Assembly (NCBI GenBank): GCA_002269645.1
Contig: NIVC01001740.1
Span: forward strand, 179,160 to 243,159
DNA length: 64,000 nucleotides
Origin: Macrostomum lignano
Lineage: Eukaryota
Direction: 5' to 3'
The position numbers and the translations under genes were made by a program. This document shows positions 49,015 through 61,835 of this stretch, piece by piece. Numbering within the stretch: position 1 is the stretch's first letter; every line of letters begins with the position of its first letter. The notes below the pieces were generated by a model. The model saw only the letters and a program-made list of their open reading frames with translations. It had not been told where the DNA came from and ran no database searches.

Positions 49015-50340
49015 GAGAGCCGAAAAGGCTAGGGAGAGAGTGGAAAGGGACAGGGAGAGAGCGGAAAGGAACGGGGAGAGAGCGGAAAGGAACGGGGAGA
49101 GAGCGGAAAGGGACAGGGAGAGAGCGGAAAGGGACAGGGAGAGAGCGGAAAGGAACGGGGAGAGAGCGGAAAGGAACGGGGAGAGAGCGGAAAGGGACAG
49201 GGAGAGAGCGGAAAGGGACAGGGAGAGAGCGGAAAGGGACAGGGAGAGAGCGGAAAGGGACAGGGAGAGAGCGGAAAGGGACAGGGAGAGAGCGGAAAGG
49301 GACAGGGAGAGAGCGGAAAGGGACAGGGAGAGAGCGGAAAGGGACAGGGAGAGAGCGGAAAGGAACGGGGAGAGAGCGGAAAGGAACGGGGAGAGAGCGG
49401 AAAGGGACAGGGAGAGAGCGGAAAGGAACGGGGAGAGAGCGGAAAGGGACAGGGAGAGAGCGGAAAGGGACAGGGAGACAGCGGAAAGGGACAGGGAGAG
49501 AGCGGAAAGGGAGAGGGAGAGAGCGGAAAAGGCTAGGGAGAGAGTGGAAAGGGACAGGGAGAGAGCGGAAAGGGAAATGGAGAGACTGGAAGTCTAGGAA
49601 GAGAGCGGAAAGAAACAGGGAGAGAGCGGAAAGGGACAGGGAGAGAGCGGAAAGGGACAGGGAGAGGGCGGAAAGGGAGAGGGAGAGAGCGGAAAAGGCT
49701 AGGGAGAGAGCGGAAAGGGAAATGGAGAGACTGGAAGTCTAGGAAGAGAGCGGAAAGAAACAGGGAGAGAGCGGAAAGGGACAGGGAGAGAGCGGAAAGG
49801 GACAGGGAGAGGGCGGAAAGGGAGAGGGAGAGAGCGGAAAAGGCTAGGGAGAGAGCGGAAAGGGAAATGGAGAGACTGGAAGTCTAGGAAGAGAGCGGAA
49901 AGAAACAGGGAGAGAGCGGAAAGGGACAGGGAGAGAGTGGAAAGGAACGGGGAGAGAGCGGAAAAGGACAGGGAGAGAGCGGAAAGGGACAGGGAGAGAG
50001 CGGAAAGAAACACGGAGAGAGCGGAAAGGGACAGGGAGAGAGCGGAAAGAAACACGGAGAGAGCGGAAAGAAACACGGAGAGAGCGGAAAGAAACACGGA
50101 GAGAGCGGAAAGGGACAGGGAGAGAGCGGAAAGAAACACGGAGAGAGCGGAAAGAAACAGGGAGAGAGCGGAAAGGGACAGGGAGAGAGCGGAAAGGAAC
50201 GGGGAGAGAGCGGAAAGGAACGGGGAGAGAGCGGAAAGGGACAGGGAGAGAGCGGAAAGGAACGGGGAGAGAGCGGAAAGGGACAGGGAGAGAGCGGAAA
50301 GAAACAGGGAGAGACCGGAAAAGGCTAAGGAGAGAGCGGG
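49015..50340. repeat. 21-bp purine-rich minisatellite (gagagagcggaaagggacagg) with an internal higher-order duplication
   Basis: Seen directly. Confidence 0.95.
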
Positions 50341-51187
50341 AGTTAGCAAAATTGTGAACCATGCAAGATGGACATAAAGGAAAAACAAAATTGAAATTGA
50401 AAACAGCCAACGATTCAATTAATCATGAGCTGGTAAAATAGCTGATTAAAGTAGAACTGCTGGATTCGTTTTGGTGCAGCAGACATACGACCTATTTTAT
50501 TTTGTTAAAGCGGGTGCGAGTTTACAGTAAATAAATAAATGACTTGGGGAAAAAACAACATTAAAACAAAAAGCCAACACTCCTTCCTACTCTGGATAAA
50601 CACAAAATATTGATAGATTTGGTAGACTAAATACAAAAAAGAAAAATAATATAGACTGACGAGATGGACGCCAACGCCTTTGATACTACTGCAGAAAAAA
50701 GAAATGTCAGTAGTATGGTTATGTGATCAGCTGTGAAAATAAAGGAATTAATACGCCACCAAACTGAATGGCTATACTACTCGCATCGCATCGAAGTAAG
50801 TAGTAAAGGATAGTCAGTCATAGAAAATACGAGTACTTTAACGAATAATAGACAAAAATGGGATTTTGGGATTTTTGATTAAAACGCGTCGGGATTATTG
50901 CCAGTTTAGACAGATAGACAGACAGAATAATTTACAATGCAATACAGCAATAGCAGCGCTGGCTGGATGAAAGTACAACAATATTTTTCATGGAATTCAA
51001 AAAATCTGCTCACCAGAAAATGAGAAATATAGTTTCTGTGAAACATGAAAAGCATTATAAATAAGAATAATACGAAGGGTTGGCGTTAGCGTGTGACAGT
51101 TGTTAATTATTTTGATTAGAACAGTTCTCGTTAACAGATCCTCATTTCAAGAAATAAAAAATAGGACCGGAAGGTGTAGACTTCCTA

Positions 51188-52310
51188 AACTCACTGAAAT
51201 CTAATTACCTAAAACCATAAACTCACTGAAATCCCATTACCTAAAACCATAAACTCACTGAAATCCCATTACCTAAAACCATAAACTCACTGAAATCCCA
51301 TTACCTAAAACCATAAACTCACTGAAATCCCATTACCTAAAACCATAAACTCACTGAAATCCCATTACCTAAAACCATACACTCACTGAAATCCCATTAC
51401 CTAAAACCATAAACTCACTGAAATCCCATTACCTAAAACCATACACTCACTGAAATCCCATTACCTAAAACCATACACTCACTGAAATCCCATTACCTAA
51501 AACCATAAACTCACTGAAATCCCATTACCTAAAACCATACACTCACTGAAATCCCATTACCTAAAACCATAAACTCACTGAAATCCCATTACCTAAAACC
51601 ATACACTCACTGAAATCCCATTACCTAAAACCATAAACTCACTGAAATCCCATTACCTAAAACCATAAACTCACTGAAATCCCATTACTAAAACCATACA
51701 CTCACTGAAATCCCATTACCTAAAACCATACACTCACTGAAATCCCATTACCTAAAACCATAAACTCACTGAAATCCCATTACCTAAAACCATAAACTCA
51801 CTGAAATCCCATTACTAAAACCATAAACTCACTGAAATCCCATTACCTAAAACCATACACTCACTGAAATCCCATTACCTAAAACCATAAACTCACTGAA
51901 ATCCCATTACCTAAAACCATAAACTCACTGAAATCCCATTACCTAAAACCATAACCTCACTGAAATCCCATTACCTAAAACCATAAACTCACTGAAATCC
52001 CATTACCTAAAACCATAAACTCACTGAAATCCCATTACCTAAAACCATACACTCACTGAAATCCCATTACCTAAAACCATAAACTCACTGAATCCCATTA
52101 CCTAAAACCATAAACTCACTGAATCCCATTACCTAAAACCATAAACTCACTGAAATCCCATTACCTAAAACCATAAACTCACTGAAATCCCATTACCTAA
52201 AACTAAAATATCACTGAAATCCCATTACCTAAAACTAAAATATCACTGAAATCCCATTACCTAAAACTAAAATATCACTGAAATCCCATTACCTAAAACT
52301 AAAATGTCTC
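51188..52310. repeat. 32-bp minisatellite (actcactgaaatcccattacctaaaaccataa)
   Basis: Seen directly. Confidence 0.97.
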
Positions 52311-52516
52311 TGATATCCTATCTTTATAAAAAATAAACCCACTGGAATCCCAAAACTCACTGAGAGACTAAAACGCAACTTCCCCACCAGATTATTCTCT
52401 ACATCACCGAGTCAGTCAATCCCTGCCCCGCTGACATCAATCCTGCACATAGTACATCAATCCTGCACATAGTACATCAATCCTGCACATAGTACATCAA
52501 TCCTGCACATAGTACA

Positions 52517-55500
52517 TCAATCCTGCACATAGTACGGCATGTTTGGCCGCCGCTTCCAGACGCACCAGGCGCCAAGGACGCCGCCACCGCCGCCAAGCAG
52601 CAGCATGAAGAAGGCCAGGGCAGCCATGGCTCCGCCAGAGTGACCGTCGTGAATGTACACCGTGCTGCCGCCGCCGCCGCCGCCTCCGCCACCGCGACCA
52701 GCAGTGTCGGTAGCGTTGCTGCCCAGCTCCAGGCTGGCAACGGGCCAGTCGCCGACCTTGAAATCCAATCCACTGGCAGAGGCGGCAAGCAGCAGTTTCT
52801 TCAAGCTGGCATCGAGCGTCAAAGGCTTGGCGGCGCCGGCGGAACTGCTAGCGTTTGTAGGCGGCCCCAGCAGGGTCAGCCACACCTGGCTAAGGCTGGC
52901 GTTGACGTCCTTAGCAACGGATATCTGAGCTAAGCGTAGGGGAGAGATCCCGGTTGCCTTGGTAACGGTAGAACGAACCAAAGCGGTTAAATCGGCAGGT
53001 TTGCTGTTGGCGACCTGCAGTGAGAGGAAAGACAGTTTTACCGGAAGTGACACTAATTAGTCTTATGAACTGGAAGTAACACTAATAGTCAAACCGGAAG
53101 TGACACTAATTAGGCCTCATAACCGGAAGTGACAAAATAATAAAGACTCATAAACTGGAAGTGACACTAATAAAGCCTCAAAAACCGGAAGTGACAAAAT
53201 AATAGACTGATAAACCGGAAGTGACACTAATAAAGACTCATAAACCGGAAGTCACAAAATAATAGACTCATAAACCGGGTGACACACTAATGCAGCCTCA
53301 TAAACCGGGTGACACACTAATGCAACCTCATAAACCGGGTGACACACTAATGCAGCCTCATAAACCGGAAGTGACACACTAATGCAGCCTCATAAACCGG
53401 GTGACACACTAATGCAGCCTCATAAACCGGGTGACACACTAATGCAGCCTCATAAACCGGGTGACACACTAATGCAGCCTCATAAACCGGGTGACACATT
53501 AATGCAGCCTCATAAACCGGGTGACACACTAATGCAGCCTCATAAACCGGGTGACACACTAATGCAGCCTCATAAACCGGGTGACACACTAATGCAGCCT
53601 CATAAACCGGGTGACACATTAATGCAGCCTCATAAACCGGGTGACACACTAATGCAGCCTCATAAACCGGAAGTGACACACTAATGCAGTCTCATAAACC
53701 GGGTGACGCACTAAAAAAGCCTCATAAACCGGAAGTGACACACTAATGCAGCCTCATAAACCGGAAGTGACACACTAATGCAGCCTCATAAACCGGAAGT
53801 GACACACTAATGCAGTCTCATAAACCGGGTGACACACTAATGCAGCCTCATAAACCGGGTGACACACTAATGCAGCCTCATAAACCGGAAGTGACACACT
53901 AATGCAGTCTCATAAACCGGGTGACGCACTAAAAAAGCCTCATAAACCGGAAGTGACACACTAATGCAGCCTCATAAACCGGAAGTGACACACTAATGCA
54001 GCCTCATAAACCGGAAGTGACACACTAATGCAGCCTCATAAACCGGAAGTGACACACTAATGCAGCCTCATAAACCGGAAGTGACACACTAATGCAGTCT
54101 CATAAACCGGGTGACACACTAATGCAGCCTCATAAACCGGGTGACACACTAATGCAGCCTCATAAACCGGAAGTGACACACTAATGCAGCCTCATAAACC
54201 GGGTGACACACTAATGCAGCCTCATAAACCGGAAGTGACACACTAATGCAGCTTCATAAACCGGAAGTGACACACTAATGCAGTCTCATAAACCGGGTGA
54301 CACACTAATGCAGCCTCATAAACCGGGTGACACACTAATGCAGCCTCATAAACCGGAAGTGACACACTAATGCAGCCTCATAAACCGGGTGACACACTAA
54401 TGCAGCCTCATAAACCGGAAGTGACACACTAATGCAGTCTCATAAACCGGGTGACACACTAATGCAGCCTCATAAACCGGGTGACACACTAATGCAGCCT
54501 CATAAACCGGAAGTGACACACTAATGCAACCTCATAAACCGGGTGACACACTAATGCAGCCTCATAAACCGGGTGACACATTAATGCAGCCTCATAAACC
54601 GGGTGACACACTAATGCAGCCTCATAAACCAGAAGTGACACACTAATGCAGCCTCATAAACCGGGTGACGCACTAAAAAAGCCTCATAAACCGGAAGTGA
54701 CACACTAATGCAGCCTCATAAACCGAAAGTGACACAATATTTAAGCCTCATAAACCGGAAGTGACACACTAATGCAGCCTCATAAACCGGAAGTGACACA
54801 ATATTTAAGCCTCATAAACCGGAAGTGACACACACCACATGATAGGCGGCCAAAACCCGCATCAACAGCCGTTTGGCGCCGCCTCCGCCAGGCAGCAAAG
54901 CGCAGGCGGTCAAGTCGTATTCAATGGGCCGCTCGGTGGCGCTATCAATCTCTGTCACCAGATAGTTGGCCACTTCAACCGCCGAGTGGTTGCTGCCATG
55001 ACGACGCCGCCGACTGTAGCCTCCCAGATTGGTAAAGTTTGTGCCGCCGCAAAAGTACACTTCGTAGTCTATTAGGGAATTCGCAGCCAATCGCAGGTAA
55101 CGGCGGCAGCCTTGGCGACCCTGTCGATTTATTTGTTAGAATATCTTCAATTTCGGATGAATAACCAAAGACAAATTCAATAGTTGAAAATACACAGAGG
55201 AAAAGTTTGCAATAGTAGCAGTTGAAAGATTAAATTTATTTAATCTAATACCTTAGGTAAGGTTAGAACGGGTTCTAGCCTAGTGGTTAGAGGGTCGGAC
55301 TCACGACTGGAAGGTCGGGGGTTCGATTCTCGACCACTCGGAACAATTTGTGTCCTTGAGCAAGACACTTAAGATACTCTACATTGCTTCAGTTTACCCC
55401 AGGTGTAAAATGGGTGCCAGCATTAGCTGGGGTAATTGAGGGTGTGTGTGGCGACCCCCCCCCCCCTCCCCAGTCCTTGGACTGAACAGCCGTGCGCACA

Positions 55501-57132
55501 TTAATAACAAAATCACCTGAAACTCGGCGCTTTCCCCAGTCCACAGCCAGCCGTCAGCGCTCAAATTGAATGGCAGCGGCCCCCCAAGTGCGGACTTGTC
55601 CACCCAATCCAAACTGCAATTTCCGGCCTCCAAATCTTGCACAAATTCAACCCCAGCCAGAGCTCGGTCGGCAACCAGTCTCAAGCGGTTCGGGCCATAG
55701 AATTGGCGCAGCCTGGCGCCAATCTGAGGCGCCAATTCGAGTGCGCTGGCGGCGCAATCCTCGACAACTAAAGCAGAACTTTTATCGGTGGTTGCTAGGC
55801 GAAGATTCTTAAGCATGGAATTTGGCACAGCTGGTGGCCGGCTGTCCCGTTCGCGGGCGGCGCCGCAGGCTACAAACGATGGCGGGTTGGCCAGAGCTGA
55901 AATCGCGCCTGGCGGAGGCGCGCCACGCTGGCTGGCCAAGAATCGATAGGTGCGACGCTCCGACACAGTCCACGACGTGGCATTCTCCTTTGTTGGTGGC
56001 GAGAGCAGTTCGAAGGTAACGCTCGACACATCGGCCTGTGGGGTGAGTGCAAAAATCACCTAGGTCACTCTTGGAAATTTAAACACCTGAAACTGTTAGC
56101 GATTTAAACGGCCCTTTTCAGAACACCTATTTGATAGGCCAAAACAGCCCTTTTAGAACACCCACTAGTCAATACGGTAAAATCGTCTTTTTAGAACTTC
56201 TATTTGATAAGAACAAAACGGCCCTTTTGAGAACACCTATTAAAAAACATTCAGTAGATGTAAAACGGTTTTTTTAAACACCTATTTAATGGTGGTAAAA
56301 CGGCCCTTTTTAAAACACCAAGCAAAATGATTATATAACGCAAAAGCTTTACTTAGTATCTGTAAAACGGCCCTTTTAGAACACCTATTCGATAGCGAAT
56401 AAAACGGCCTTTTTTGAAAACATATATTCGATGCGGGTTAAACCGCCTTTTTAAAAACATCCAGTTGATGTAAAACGGCCCTTTTTTAACACCAAGCAAA
56501 ATGAATATTTAACACAAAAGCTTCACCTTAGCATCTCCGAAAAGCTGAATTTTGACTCGCCAGACTTGGCCATCATGCGCTTTGGTCCCATTGAAACAGG
56601 CGGTGTTGTTCTCCCAGGCCAGAGTGCTCAGCGGCTGCCCACCTTTGCCGCTGTGGTTATGAGCGTCAGCCAGTTCAGGAGCCAGCAGCAGCAGCAGACA
56701 GGGGGAGGCGCTACTATTCAAAAAGACAGTATTGCGAATTTCGGCCAGCGAGTCACTCAGGCCAGTAGCATTGCTGACATTGCACCGGCCAGTTGGCCAG
56801 TTGAGCATATGGCTCACATCTTGACCGTGAGCATGGTCATAAAGCTGGTATTCATCAGGGCCGGCAGTGTCGCTAGCTGAATTTCTAACTAGCTGAGCGG
56901 CCAAGCCGAGACTTTGATTGTAATAAAACTGCACTCGTTGACCTGTCTCGGCTAGGACATAGTCAAGATAGGCGGTGCTGTTTGGCAGTGTGCCAGGCAT
57001 AATGGTGGGCTGCGAGCCAGCTGGTGGACAGCCAGCAGGCAGGCTTGCCGAGTCAAGTGGATTCGCCAGCACCAGCTGCATCAGAGCAGCGCCAGCCAAA
57101 AGTGAAAACAGCAAGTGGTGTAACATTGCCAT
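52517..57132 (-). CDS. Type I single-pass membrane protein, ~635 aa, 4 exons; Cys-containing ectodomain (possibly LolA/ependymin-like fold)
   Basis: Exons 57132-56527, 56035-55517, 55120-54836 and 53014-52517, all phase 0 with GT-AG sites. N-terminal signal peptide (LLFSLLAGAALMQLVLA); C-terminal TM (GAMAALAFFMLLLGGGGGVLGAW) followed by KRR and a short tail ending YYVQD. The fold assignment is inference only. Confidence 0.75.
53040..54835. repeat. 30/32-bp minisatellite (taaaccgg[aa]gtgacacactaatgcagcctca) making up almost all of intron 3
   Basis: Seen directly. Confidence 0.97.
55270..55505 (+). mobile_element. tRNA-derived CORE-SINE family B (5' part), antisense in intron 2
   Basis: Box A TAGCCTAGTGG, box B GGTTCGATTCT, then tgtgtccttgagcaagacacttaa...tgcttcagttt.cccc..tgtaaaatggg resembling the MIR CORE domain. 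Confidence 0.8.
56090..56505. repeat. Degenerate repeats (gtaaaacggcccttttt..aacacctatt) in intron 1
   Basis: Several imperfect copies visible. Confidence 0.7.
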
Positions 57133-59619
57133 TATTTTGCAGCTTGATTAATGTTACTCAGCAGATTTTAATATTCTCTGAAATGTTTAGCATTAATATA
57201 GTGTAAACAAGTATATCAATACTTATCTTACAGACAATGCAAGATTTCAATGAGCTGATGTACTTTTAATCAATAGGTTTGTAACTGGGTTAAAAAGCAA
57301 TCAGAATCACAATGTCATCTGGCATCCTGGGTGCAAATTTTTGATTGTTTACTTTTGCACAATTAAAGATTTCTTTTAAATTTGCAGTTCAAATATGAGT
57401 ACAATGATGTAGCTAATTGATTTATCTATAGCACAAAGTCTAACTATTAGTTGAGTAGAAGATAGACAGATACAGCAGACTCATAACTCAAGCAGTCATG
57501 CAACTTAATTGTTGCAGCAGTGTTGGGCACCAGTCTATTAATAAGTGTTAATCCATTAATAAGCCTTAATAAGTGTTAAGATTTTTATTAGCATTAACAG
57601 ACTACCATTATAAGATTTTTTACACTAATAGATTAACAAAATTGTATTAATAATTTTGTAAGTTAAGAACAAATTTATTGTTAACATTAATGACAATGTC
57701 AATGACCAAAGACAAAGAAAAAGATGTCTAACAAGAAGTTACAACATTATGAATGTATCTGAATTTACCTAAGTGCCTGATTAATCTCCTTGTTTATGAT
57801 GATGATCATGCAAATGCAACAACTTTTTATTAATAAACTTTATTAATTAATTAAAATTGTGAGGTTTATTGCTCACACTGCTCAATTGTGAGCATCCATT
57901 GATTGCTTTGATTCACTTCTTTCCTAATTTTTTGTAACTTTCTGCTTCACCTGCTAATGCTACTAAAACAACCTTCCTATTTATATCTTATTATTAACTA
58001 ATTAGCTTTTAAGTTTAAAATAAATAAGGTACTTCTTTATTGTATGCTTACTTTTAGTAGTATTATTTAGTATAGGCCTATTTAGATGCATTCAAGTTTT
58101 TACAATTAGTATTTTTTAGCTTGTAAATTGCTTGAATGACTTTTTGTGTTTTGCTAAAAATATAAAAAAGCTAATTACGAAATCTGTTTTATAAAAAAGT
58201 GCAAGATTTCTATATTTTCTATGTTAACTATAATAGACTATTGTTTATTAATAATTATTAGTTAACTTTCAGTTAACTTAATGAAACTAAGATTTGATAA
58301 GCTAACATTTTTTGTTTGAATGTTAATGCTTTCGACATTAATAGAAGTTAAGATTTTTAGTAATGGTGCCTAACAATGTATTGCAGTATATTACCAAAAC
58401 CATGACTGGCTTATTGGTATCTTCTACAACTATAATTATTGATTATTGTTGCTTAAGATCTATATGTAGGACTACTACTTGATTAATAGTTTCACTAGTT
58501 GACAATTGACTATCTATCTATTGAAAATTATTAATCATTCTATGAATCTATTATTTTTAGTATTTATCCTTTAACAAAAACTATAAAAAATTAAAGAAAA
58601 TAAATATAAAATGCAAAACTAAAAGATTGCCACAATGCTCTTTTTATATTCTTTTAGGAACTTGAAAGGCTTGGTCTTTGCAAGATCTTTAAACCATAGT
58701 TTAGTAAGAAAACCATTGTTCCAAGTAGAATTTTAAGACATGGCTAATTTTGATAGGCCTAAAATATAAAAAACCCTAGGCCTAAGCACTAGATCTAGGA
58801 GAATTGATAGTTGTTTATAGAATGAGAAACATCTAAAAATAGTCTAAGCAGAATCACTTTGAGCAGTATAGGGGTCCTATAATGCCTAAGAGCCATAATT
58901 TTCTCTTTGATCTTATCTTAGTGCCTAGGCTAAATATAGAGAAATTCTTTATAAAAGTAACCAAAATGCTTAGATAGATATAGTCTAAGAATAAGATGAA
59001 ACAATAGGCCTATCTATTGTCTAGGTTTCTAGTTCATTTGTCTGCCAACAGTTCGTCTGCTAAGTAGACAAAATGCCCTTTTCCTTCTAAAACTGTTTGT
59101 CTGCTGGGAAATGGGGTGGGGATGAGGAGTGGGATGGGGACTAGGAAGCTGGGGGACTAATGAGCTGCCTCTGTCTGGACAACTCTGTCCATTAACATAG
59201 TTATAAAGCACTGCATCTGCATGTATATGGGTCTTTCATCATTTTAACAAACTATTTTACAATATACACCAAAAATAAGAAAGCTTAACTAAAACCAGTG
59301 GAACAGAAATTGTTAAAAATTTGATAAAGATAAAAATATTGGCAAATAGTTATTCTCATTCAAAATTTCTTGGATGCAAGACATGTGTCATTTGTAGAAA
59401 GTGTGTGAGCACTCAACAGTAAGCTTTGCAATGTGATGATTGCAGTCAATGGCAGCACCGAATATGTGGTTCAGGCATAAGCCAAAAGGAGTATTGTTAG
59501 ATTCTAGAAGACAATGCTTTATTTAACTGGATTAATTTGCTCCCACTATAAATAGGAAAAGGTAAGCAAAGTAAAATTGATCACATTATCATCCATACTC
59601 TATACATCATCCACACATT

Positions 59620-60950
59620 GATCATACTCACCCACTTAATTAACTTTCACCCAGCCACTCACCCACTTAATTCACTTTCACCCAGCCACTCACCCACTTA
59701 ATTTACTTTCACCCAGTCACTCACCCACTTAATTCACTTTCACCTAGCCATTCACCCACTTAATTCACTTTTACCCAGCCACTCACCCACTTAATTCACT
59801 TTCACCTAGCCACTCACCTACTTAATTCACTTTCACCCAACCACTCACCCACTTAATTCACTTTCACCTAGCACTCACCCACTTAATTCCCTTTCACCCA
59901 ACCACTCACCCACTAAATTAACTTTCACCTAGCCACTCACCCACTTAATTCACTTTCACCCAGCAACTCACCCACTTAATTCACTTTCACCCAGCCACTT
60001 ACCCACTTAATTCACTTTCACCTAGCCACTCACCCACTTAATTCACTTTCACCCAACCACTCACCCACTTAATTCACTTTCACCTAGCCACTCACCCACT
60101 TAATTCACTTTCACCCAGCAACTCACCCACTTAATTCACTTTCACCCAGCCACTTACCCACTTTTTTTTTTTTTTTTGCCGAGGCGCTGACGGGCAGGCG
60201 ACCAAACTCCCGCGATGTCAGCAGTTCGTCTACCTCGGCGGTCTGGTTCCAGACGCTCGCGAGGACCTGCGACGCCGCCGCGGGCTTGCCTGGGCTGCCT
60301 TTCGTTCTGTGAGGGCAGTCCTGCAGTCCGAGGCCCTACCGGACCGCCAGAGGGCGGCGCTGTTCCAGGCGGTAATCGAGACCGTCCTGCTGTACAACGC
60401 CGAGACCTGGACGCTGACGGACTCACTCGAACAGCAAGTCGATGCGGCGCACGCTGGTCTGCTGCGCGCCGCCTTCAACATCGGCGTCGAGCGAGTCACC
60501 AACGCGGCACTCTATCGCCGCGCTGGCCTGCCACGTCCAAGTGATCTACTGCGCCGTCGGCGACTCCAGCTCGCAGGCCATCTCATCCGCGCCGAGTCGT
60601 ACTGCCCACAGCCGGTGCAGGAGGTGCTGCTGCTCACGCTGCAGGCACCCTACCGGCGAAGTCAAGCGCGAACTCGGCGTTATGTCGACTGTCTGCTGGC
60701 TGACGCCGGCGCCCCGGACACTGCCGGTGGCGCGGCCTTTGTTCGCGCCCAAGCCATGAAGCGCGCCCTGTGACGCTGACTTTTACCATCATGACAGCGT
60801 ATTTTGTTGTTGTTGTTGTTTACCCACTTAATTTACTTTCACCCAGTCACTCACCCACTTAATTCACTTTCAGCCAGCCACTCACCCACTTAATTCACTT
60901 TCACCCAGTCAACCACTCAATCAGGTTAATTTACTATCACCCCCATTCAC
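59620..60950. repeat. 31-bp minisatellite (cactcacccacttaattcactttcacccagc) split by the RTE insertion
   Basis: The array continues on both sides of 60178-60820. Confidence 0.93.
60178..60820 (+). mobile_element. 5'-truncated RTE-like LINE copy (same family as 25543-27818)
   Basis: Encodes QQFVYLGG...VLLYNAETWTL...AMKRAL*; (TTG)n tail; TSD TTACCCACTT (60154-60163 and 60820-60829). Confidence 0.9.
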
Positions 60951-61539
60951 TCACAAAATGTGGTAATTATTTATCATCTAGCTATTTTTCTCGTTTCAGT
61001 TCATGGACTTCTTCAGAAGGATAGAAAGCAAAAACAAGTGCCTCTGTTCTTTGCACTAATGTCGGGAAAATCAAAGTATGATTACATAGAAGTTTTGCAA
61101 TATATACTTGAGCAGCAGACAGAGGCAGAAGACTCTTTTGCCGAAAGTTGATAATGCTAATCCACCTTCTTGCCAAACATATCTACGTGGCATTTAGCAC
61201 TCTCGCTAAAGAGGCAAACTGATTTGAAGCACTGGTAGCACTCTGCTGCTACGTAGACACAATGTGGCTCTCTAGTAGCATATGGAGTCACGAAGAGCTT
61301 TTAGTCTACTGCAAGAGAGAGCATACTAACAATCATCAAAGGATAGCACATGGCCCTCAACAGGAGAGCAAGAAATGGCAACCTAAATCTCTATGCCTTG
61401 GCAGATCTGCTAGCTCAGCAGGCTACCTCGGGGGTTCTTCAAGCCCATCAATTGCAAACATTGGAAAGTGCTAGTAGGCAAGTTGTAGCTGTATCTTGTC
61501 TAAGTCTGTTAAAGTGAATAGACAAGAGAAGGAGAGTAG

Positions 61540-61835
61540 AGAGTACAGATCGAGGAGAGATAAGGGAGAAAAGATTAGAAATGAGAGGAGAGGATAGACA
61601 AAGGGAGAGAGAAGTAAGTGAGGATAAAGGAGAGGAAAGAGGAGAATAGAGAGGGGAGAGAAATAGAGAGGAGAAAAGAGATGAGAAAGGAGAGATAAGA
61701 GAGAGAGAGAGTGAGAGTGAAAGAGAAAGAGAGAGAGGGGGGGGAGGGAGAGAAAGAAGAAGGAAAGATGAAAGACAAGAGAGAAGAAAAGAAAGACAAG
61801 AGAGAAGAGAGAAGAGAGGAAAAAGAAGAGAAGAT
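61540..61835. repeat. GA-rich low-complexity tract
   Basis: Seen directly. Confidence 0.85.

Larger units (their letters stand above)
59375..61480 (+). mobile_element. Degenerate Mutator (MULE) transposase remnant with an N-terminal PHD finger, interrupted by nested repeats
   Basis: PHD: CVICRKC...ALQCDDCSQWQHRICGSGISQKEY...FNW (59375-59530). MULE core: SVHGLL...KQVPLFFALMSGKSKYDYIEVL (~60990-61110), FCRKLIML and W...W...HTNN (~61260-61335). Contains stops and frameshifts. Confidence 0.7.

Noticed and set aside
48908-50418. ERDRERA charged-repeat ORFs (SAH-like)
   Set aside because: The 21-bp minisatellite gives an in-frame repeat by arithmetic; no supported splice sites or non-repeat coding flank. 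RNA-seq would be needed to revisit this.
55270-55345. Possible tRNA gene (also 306-380 and 15070-15141)
   Set aside because: Pol III boxes are present but there is no proper acceptor stem, and each head continues into SINE body sequence.
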